Below are positions 58,547 to 64,000 of a DNA stretch of 64,000 nucleotides, piece after piece. The stretch lies in the UHGV virus genome UHGV-0125199. One strand, written 5' to 3'. A program made the translations under genes and the position numbers. Under the pieces are notes generated by a model. That model did not search any database, had not been told where the DNA came from, and saw only the letters and a list, made by a program, of their open reading frames with translations. Numbering within the stretch: the stretch's first letter is position 1; every line of letters begins with the position of its first letter. This DNA is from a virus.

Positions 58547-60688
58547 ATGGCAAAAGCTGAAACAAAAACTATATTAAAGGCATACTCCACAGTTGAATCT
58601 AAGTTGTCTACTCTCCCACCTGAGGATGGGCAACTTATTTTCGTTTACGATAAAAAGAAGATTATATTAGATAATCATGGAGTTCGTACGGTTTATGAGC
58701 AAATACAAACCATAGAAACAGAAGAACAACGTAATGATTTACTTGCACCTATTGATTCTTTTTATTTCGTAATTGAAACATCTATATTGTGGAGATATAC
58801 AAATGGACATTGGAATCAAATAACAACCTCCCCTCAAGAACAAATTGATAGAATTGTCGCAGAGGGAGCGAAGCAGATCAAGGAAGTACAGGATAAAGGC
58901 GCAGAGGTATTGCAGTCTATTCCGGAAGACTTTGCAACGCAGATGGAAACTAAGCTGAATAAACAGCAGGGAATCGAGAATAAGGGTAAAGTCCTTGTGA
59001 TCGGAGAAGATGGTAATGTAATGCCTGAAGAAGTCGCTAGTGGCGGTGGAGACGGTATTGCAATCATAAACACCATGAGTGGAGAAAGCCCACTTGTGAT
59101 ACCGGATAGTGCTGAGAGAGTAAATAAGAGGTTGGAGCTTGGTGGGAAGACGGAGCAGGTGCAGACTACAGGAGCGCAGTTGCTAAAACCAAAAGATGGT
59201 TCGTATACAGTTTTTGGAGTATCTGTTGATATTGCAAATGGAGAAATTAAACTGTCTGGAACAGCAACTTCTAGCGGAGGGCGAACCATCAGATTATCAG
59301 AACCATTTCTGCTAAAGGCAGGAACGTATTCATCGGAAGTAGATGGAAAAATTGATTTCATTTTGAGTAAAAATTCTGATAATTCATATCTTGTCAATCT
59401 TGCTGTGAAAAATTTTAATGTGAATGAAGACACGGAGGTTTACGTCGGTCTTAATGTTATGGCTCAGAATACGTATAACAATAAGTATCACATTATGTTA
59501 AACAGTGGAAATATCGCGTTACCTTACGAACCCTACACAGGCGGTAAGCCATCTCCAAGCCCAGAATATCCGCAGGAAATCAAGAGTGTCGGAAAGTGGA
59601 ATGATGAGAAGCAGAAGTATGAAGTTGAGATTTCTATAAGTGGCAGAAACCTATTTGATTTTTCCACCTGTGAAGAAGGAAAAATATTTGAAGGCAGTGG
59701 GAATATTGTTAGTACAACTAACGGTGTCTTAACTGATTTTATACCATGTTTTCCTAATTCGCAGTACAGCAGAAGTCGCACTGGAAGTACAGTAGTTGCA
59801 TTCTATGACTGCAATAAAAATAAGATAGGATTCGAAATTGTCGGAAATACCACTTTTGTTACGCCCGAAAAATGTAGATACTTTAGGTTCTCAGCAGTTA
59901 AGACACAAGTAGACTATACAAAGATAGTAGCATGTCCGGGGAACACAGTAATGGATTACGAGCCGTACAAGAAACCGCAATCCCTCACCCTCACATCCGA
60001 CCGCCCAATAACAAAGTGGGACAGACTGGTAGAGCAGGGTGGACAGATTGGGTGGCTGTATCAGAGTTCTAAAATGATACTCGATGGAACTAAAATAAAG
60101 TGGTTGCACAGCAACAAACCAGAAAATTCATATTTTGCAACTACTATCATTGATGCATACGGAGGAAAAGGTGCTAGTTTTTGTAAAACATATAGAAATA
60201 TACAAGATTCTGCGTATGTTATTAAATACGCAAACGAACGATGTATTTATAGTGACCACCCTACTTATACCTCTGGAGATAAATTTTTCAGGGCGCCAAA
60301 TGAGAACGTAACGACATTGGAACAATGGAAAGAGTTTATCGATGAAAATCCAATTGAAATGCTATACCATACGAAAAACTCAGAATTCGTCCCCCTCCCA
60401 CAATCCGAACAAAACGCTATCAGAGCCTTAACAACGCATTATCCAACCACAGTAATCACAGTGGACGGAGGGGAGCTTGACCCCGATATTAAAGTAACAT
60501 ATACGGCGGATACAAAGAACTATATTGATGGAAAAGTGTCTGCAAAAGTGGCAAGTATATTAAGACAATACCAGGCTGACACAGCAAATCTGCTATCTTT
60601 AATGCCTATGGAAACACAGGCAACAATGATAGAAAATGACACGAATAACATTTTAAACAACTTAGAAAGTGAGGAAGCACATGAATAA
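58547..60688 (+). CDS. large tail protein (713 aa), possibly chimeric (GC content rises from about 58.85 kb)
   Basis: ATG 58547 with a GGAGGTG SD (the ORF-track GTG at 58538 lies inside the SD). The 3' two-thirds is clearly GC-richer than the rest of the window. Confidence 0.45.
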   Translation: MAKAETKTILKAYSTVESKLSTLPPEDGQLIFVYDKKKIILDNHGVRTVYEQIQTIETEEQRNDLLAPIDSFYFVIETSILWRYTNGHWNQITTSPQEQIDRIVAEGAKQIKEVQDKGAEVLQSIPEDFATQMETKLNKQQGIENKGKVLVIGEDGNVMPEEVASGGGDGIAIINTMSGESPLVIPDSAERVNKRLELGGKTEQVQTTGAQLLKPKDGSYTVFGVSVDIANGEIKLSGTATSSGGRTIRLSEPFLLKAGTYSSEVDGKIDFILSKNSDNSYLVNLAVKNFNVNEDTEVYVGLNVMAQNTYNNKYHIMLNSGNIALPYEPYTGGKPSPSPEYPQEIKSVGKWNDEKQKYEVEISISGRNLFDFSTCEEGKIFEGSGNIVSTTNGVLTDFIPCFPNSQYSRSRTGSTVVAFYDCNKNKIGFEIVGNTTFVTPEKCRYFRFSAVKTQVDYTKIVACPGNTVMDYEPYKKPQSLTLTSDRPITKWDRLVEQGGQIGWLYQSSKMILDGTKIKWLHSNKPENSYFATTIIDAYGGKGASFCKTYRNIQDSAYVIKYANERCIYSDHPTYTSGDKFFRAPNENVTTLEQWKEFIDENPIEMLYHTKNSEFVPLPQSEQNAIRALTTHYPTTVITVDGGELDPDIKVTYTADTKNYIDGKVSAKVASILRQYQADTANLLSLMPMETQATMIENDTNNILNNLESEEAHE

Positions 60689-60863
60689 CACAGTAATCGT
60701 AAAATTAATGACAAATTTGATCGAAAAGAAGTTTTACAACACAAAGGATGAAGCGGTTGCAAAACTGGATGTCTATTTCGCTATGAACCGAATCAGCGAA
60801 GAGGAATACGCAACTCTGACGCTTCTGGCGGAGACAACTTACGCAGAAGTACAGACTGTTTAG
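60681..60863 (+). CDS. XkdX-like small phage protein
   Basis: 60 aa from ATG 60681 (GAGGAAG SD). ...FYNTKDEAVAKLDVYFAMNRISEEEYATLT resembles the XkdX family. Confidence 0.4.
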   Translation: MNNTVIVKLMTNLIEKKFYNTKDEAVAKLDVYFAMNRISEEEYATLTLLAETTYAEVQTV

Positions 60864-60934
60864 ACATTTTTATAGGTGGCGAATATGGAGATCAGAGCAA
60901 GACCGTGATGGTCTTATTTTTATGCATAAACTAA

Positions 60935-61165
60935 ATGGAAGGCAGTGAGAAAATGACAGATACAGTTATAGTAGCAATTATATCTCTGCTTGGCACTTTG
61001 CTTGGAAGTTTCGGGGGAACGCAGCTTGTAAAGTACCGGATAGAGCAGTTAGAAAAGAAGGTAGAGAAGCACAACTCTATTGTAGAAAGAACATATATTT
61101 TAGAGGAAAAAGTGAAAGTAGCAAATCATAGAATTGAGGATTTGGAGAGGAAAGGTGAGGAATGA
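60935..61165 (+). CDS. BhlA/UviB-family holin-like protein
   Basis: 76 aa. N-terminal TM helix (VIVAIISLLGTLLGSFGG) then coiled coil (RIEQLEKKVEKH...RIEDLERKGEE). Confidence 0.5.
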   Translation: MEGSEKMTDTVIVAIISLLGTLLGSFGGTQLVKYRIEQLEKKVEKHNSIVERTYILEEKVKVANHRIEDLERKGEE

Positions 61166-61458
61166 TGGAACAGATCATGAATTATGTAAAACCGGAACTG
61201 ATTGTTGTAGCAGTGGTACTGTATTTTATTGGAACTGGACTGAAACAGTCTCAGACAGTAAAGGATAAGTACATCCCGCTTATTCTGGGCGGAATCGGGA
61301 TTGTGTTATGTGCAGTGTGGGTGATTGCATCTTGCCCGATCAGTACCGGACAGGAGATTGCGATGGCGGTATTTACAGCAATCGTACAGGGGATTTTAGT
61401 GGCTGGTCTGAGTACATATGTGAATCAGACAATTAAACAGATTGGGAAAAATGAATAG
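61162..61458 (+). CDS. holin (paralog of 18620)
   Basis: 98 aa. Two to three TM helices. The ...DKYIPLILGGIGIVLCAVWV... core is shared with 18620..18889. Immediately upstream of the endolysin. Confidence 0.6.
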   Translation: MMEQIMNYVKPELIVVAVVLYFIGTGLKQSQTVKDKYIPLILGGIGIVLCAVWVIASCPISTGQEIAMAVFTAIVQGILVAGLSTYVNQTIKQIGKNE

Positions 61459-61471
61459 GATTTAGAATAGT

Positions 61472-61500
61472 GGGAGAGCTTGGAAACAGGCTCTCTTTTA
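61472..61500 (+). terminator. rho-independent terminator
   Basis: GGGAGAGC-ttggaaacag-GCTCTCT followed by TTTTATTG. Confidence 0.6.
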
Positions 61501-61518
61501 TTGTGCGACATCGCACAA
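61501..61518. promoter_or_regulatory. perfect palindrome TTGTGCGA-CA-TCGCACAA (candidate operator)
   Basis: An 8-bp-arm palindrome directly between the terminator and the SD of the leader ORF / endolysin. Confidence 0.35.
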
Positions 61519-61530
61519 GGAGGTGAGAAC

Positions 61531-61620
61531 ATGAGCGAACAGAACGAATTTGGCAGAGTATCCGCAGAGGAACTGGAAAAGGCATTTGAAACTGAAAATC
61601 AGGAGGAAGAAAAAGAATGA
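61531..61620 (+). CDS. acidic leader mini-ORF (29 aa) translationally coupled to the endolysin
   Basis: AAGGAGGTGA SD. Its stop TGA overlaps the amidase start as ATGA. It contains the amidase SD (CAGGAGGAAG). Confidence 0.3.
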   Translation: MSEQNEFGRVSAEELEKAFETENQEEEKE

Positions 61621-62423
61621 AAATTGGCTTAAGGGGAGGACACTCCCCAAATTGTAAAGGAGCAATCGGTCTGATCGATGAGCAGGTAGAAGTGCGGAAG
61701 ATCTACAATGAGCTCGCACCAATGTTACAGGCTGTCGGTCATACTGTGGTTGATTGTAATTCCAACGCATCCAATGTGTCTGGTGAGCTGTCTGACGGCA
61801 CAAATAAGGCGAATAGTGCGGGGTGCGATATCTATGTCACCTTGCACATGAATGCGGCAGGAGCGGAATCAGCTGGCGGTACAGAGGTGTGGTTATACGA
61901 TGCATCTAACCAGACAATGAACACGATCGCAAGCAACATCTGTAATAATTTTGCAGGAAAAGGATTTACTAACCGTGGTGTAAAGTACAGTTCGGGATAC
62001 CATGATCTGAATGCATCTAATATGCCTGGCATGATCGTAGAGACATTATTTTGCACCGGCACAGATGATGTAGCACGGTATCGTAGTTTAGGCACAAAAG
62101 GAATTGCGGAGCCGATTGCAAAGGCAATCGACAGTAGAGCGTCTGCATGCAGCGAACAAAAAAATAACCAGAATACAGGAATCGAACAGGAAGGAGAAGA
62201 AGAGATGAAATGTTTATTTACAGTAGAGGGAAAAGGTGCAGTGTATTATTTTGACGGTCAAAAAGTAATAACATTGGGTCATCCAGACGAATTAAAAATC
62301 ATCCAGCAGATTTACAAGGACAACAATGGTAAGGACATGCCGTGTTACAAGTGGAGTCCTAAAGCGCCATGGTATGCAAGATTGATGGCAGTCGTTAATA
62401 GAAAAGAGACTACGTCAATTTAA
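61617..62423 (+). CDS. N-acetylmuramoyl-L-alanine amidase endolysin (Amidase_3) with C-terminal binding domain
   Basis: 268 aa. ...CDIYVTLHMNAAG...GTEVWLYD... matches the Amidase_3 H-x-N / E motifs. GC-rich (about 48%) relative to the window. Confidence 0.8.
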   Translation: MKIGLRGGHSPNCKGAIGLIDEQVEVRKIYNELAPMLQAVGHTVVDCNSNASNVSGELSDGTNKANSAGCDIYVTLHMNAAGAESAGGTEVWLYDASNQTMNTIASNICNNFAGKGFTNRGVKYSSGYHDLNASNMPGMIVETLFCTGTDDVARYRSLGTKGIAEPIAKAIDSRASACSEQKNNQNTGIEQEGEEEMKCLFTVEGKGAVYYFDGQKVITLGHPDELKIIQQIYKDNNGKDMPCYKWSPKAPWYARLMAVVNRKETTSI

Positions 62424-62475
62424 GAGAACGTTGATATCTTTATACATAACGGTTAGTTAATTATAACTATTATTT

Positions 62476-62512
62476 TATGGGTAGTTGAGGTTAATTCCTC
62501 TTCTACCCATTT
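62476..62512 (+). terminator. rho-independent terminator
   Basis: GGGTAG..GAGG-ttaatt-CCTC..CTACCC followed by ATTTTTTTAC. Confidence 0.6.
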
Positions 62513-62535
62513 TTTTACTTTTTTGTATCCTTCAT

Positions 62536-62564
62536 TTTACAAATGGTACTAATTCGTGTATAAT
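62536..62564 (+). promoter_or_regulatory. sigma-A-type promoter upstream of the integrase
   Basis: TTTACA-17 nt-TATAAT, 30 nt before the GGAGGTG SD. Confidence 0.45.
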
Positions 62565-62595
62565 GTGTATACGAATATATGTTTGGAGGTGCAAA

Positions 62596-63813
62596 ATGGC
62601 TGAAGTACGAGCAATTAAACGTGGCAAAAAGTGGCAGTATATATTTGAAATTGCAAAAGTAGGAGGCAAAAGGCAACGAATATCTAAAAGTGGTTTTGAC
62701 ACAAAGGGTGCTGCATTGGAAGCGGGCACAAAGGCGAAAGCGGATTACGATAACGCAGGAATTGTCGTAAAAGAAAATGATATATCTCTTCATGATTATC
62801 TTGAGATATGGTTGGAGCAATATTGTGATGTGAATTTGAATCCACAGACAGTACATGGATACCGTAAAAAAATTAGACTTTATATTGATCCGGTACTAGG
62901 GAAATATCGAATAACTTCGTTGACACCAATTATTCTTCAAGATTTTATAAACGATAAATTTAATGAGGGATTTTCGAGAAATACTTTGAGCAGTATAAAA
63001 GGAATTTTAAATAAAAGTCTTAAACATGCGGTATCAAAATATCAATTTCTAAAATCAAACCCTATGAAAGAAGTTGAGCTACCCATGGCAACAGCAAAAG
63101 CAAAAGTTCCAACTAGGAAAAAAGTCCGTGTTCCTGTAACAAAGGAGCAATTTGAGAAAATTATAGATCGATTCCCGGAGGGAACTTCACAGCACATTCC
63201 TCTTATTTTAGGATATAAGTGTGGATTAAGACTAGGAGAAGTTTTCGCTCTTGATATTATGAAAGACTTTGACGAAGAAAGTAAAGTAATTTTTATCAAT
63301 CATCAAGTACAACATAATGATACTAAAAATTTTTGGTATTTGTCTAATCCTAAATATGATTCTAAACGTACAATAGATTTGGACGATGAAACATTTAATT
63401 TACTATTACGAAAGAAAAAGCAGATGTTAAAAGATATGGATTACTATGGAGATATGTATACAAGATTGTATTTAACAAAAGATTTAGAAATTACTGACGA
63501 ATATGATGAATTGAATCCAGATAATTATATTGAGTTCAACCCATTAAACAGATACCAGGATGGTAGATATATACAGCCTAGAATTATGCAACATTGCGGA
63601 AGAATTGTTCATTATCAATTAGATCTTCCTGATTGGGACTTTCATTCTTTAAGACATACACACGCTTCTATTTTGTTAGCCGCAGGTGCAGATATTAAAT
63701 ATGTCCAAGATAGATTGGGACACAAAAATATCGAAACGACTTTGAATGTTTATAGTCATGTAATGGAAGAAATGAGAAAAAATAATGTAGAAATTTTAAA
63801 TGGATGCTTCTAA
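62596..63813 (+). CDS. int: tyrosine integrase (phage integrase family)
   Basis: 405 aa from ATG 62596 (the ORF-track start 62485 spans the terminator and promoter). N-terminal arm-binding-like domain. C-terminal HSLRHTHASILLAAGADIKYVQDRLGHKNIETTLNVYSHV carries the R..HxxR..Y catalytic signature. Confidence 0.85.
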   Translation: MAEVRAIKRGKKWQYIFEIAKVGGKRQRISKSGFDTKGAALEAGTKAKADYDNAGIVVKENDISLHDYLEIWLEQYCDVNLNPQTVHGYRKKIRLYIDPVLGKYRITSLTPIILQDFINDKFNEGFSRNTLSSIKGILNKSLKHAVSKYQFLKSNPMKEVELPMATAKAKVPTRKKVRVPVTKEQFEKIIDRFPEGTSQHIPLILGYKCGLRLGEVFALDIMKDFDEESKVIFINHQVQHNDTKNFWYLSNPKYDSKRTIDLDDETFNLLLRKKKQMLKDMDYYGDMYTRLYLTKDLEITDEYDELNPDNYIEFNPLNRYQDGRYIQPRIMQHCGRIVHYQLDLPDWDFHSLRHTHASILLAAGADIKYVQDRLGHKNIETTLNVYSHVMEEMRKNNVEILNGCF

Positions 63814-63825
63814 TTTATTAAATAC

Positions 63826-63895
63826 CAGCTGTGTACTTGTGTACCACTTATATCTTAGGTACACAAAATGTACACAACTGGTATTATTTTTTGTT
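63826..63895 (+). terminator. large imperfect palindrome / terminator downstream of int
   Basis: AATACCAGCTGTGTAC-TTGTGTACC ... GGTACACAA-aat-GTACACAACTGGTATT, followed by ATTTTTTGTTTTTT. Confidence 0.55.
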
Positions 63896-64000
63896 TTTTA
63901 GAATGTATTGTGTAATCTAAACAAACTTATACAAATTGAACAGTCCCTTATTCTAAGCCAATTTTCTTAGAATTTTCCTTCTTTTGCTGATTCCTCAATA

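Noticed and set aside
62485-62595. ORF-track start 62485 for the integrase (442 aa)
   Set aside because: The extension runs through the amidase terminator and a consensus promoter. ATG 62596 follows a GGAGGTG SD.
1-64000. CRISPR arrays, IS transposases, rRNA genes
   Set aside because: None seen. The only repeats are short inverted repeats (terminators), the ATGTATAAT triplet, and gene-level paralogs.

Overview
This window is about 64 kb of a low-GC (roughly 32-35% GC), Firmicutes/Clostridia-type tailed-phage or prophage genome. Nearly every gene is on the + strand and packed with strong Shine-Dalgarno (SD) sites. From start to end it holds: (i) a recombination block (HU, an acidic Cys-rich protein, a XerC/D-like tyrosine recombinase) followed by two tRNA genes, one tRNA-Glu-like with an aberrant anticodon arm and one tRNA-Thr(UGU); (ii) a packaging and head module at 4.7-16.9 kb, in which the terminase large subunit is split by a group I intron carrying a LAGLIDADG homing endonuclease; (iii) a siphovirus-type tail module at 16.9-60.7 kb (major tail protein, tape measure locus, Dit, Tal, and a long array of tail-fibre/adhesin genes with Ig-like, collagen-like, Flg_new and discoidin-like parts); (iv) a GC-richer lysis cassette at 60.7-62.4 kb (XkdX-like, BhlA-like, holin, Amidase_3 endolysin); (v) a second tyrosine integrase with its own promoter and a large terminator palindrome. 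The main finding is that the tape-measure locus is broken into four ORF segments. One gap is a group I intron with a Vsr/DUF559-like homing endonuclease. A second gap is a 4 kb segment that starts with a group-I-intron-like core and carries a promoter-equipped cargo island: a GNAT acetyltransferase with an overlapping upstream small gene, a long protein containing a MazF/PemK-like domain, a DUF2513-like protein and a zinc-ribbon protein. A third gap is a probable group I intron with an ORF of unknown family. Other accessory features include a duplicated two-gene cassette (acidic mini-protein plus 3-TM membrane protein) on both sides of the tape-measure locus, duplicated holins, two minus-strand small membrane proteins, and several genes that seem to start by GTGA-type translational coupling or at non-canonical codons. 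Everything was read by eye with no tools, so coordinates are exact to the printed sequence but the homology calls rest on recalled motifs.
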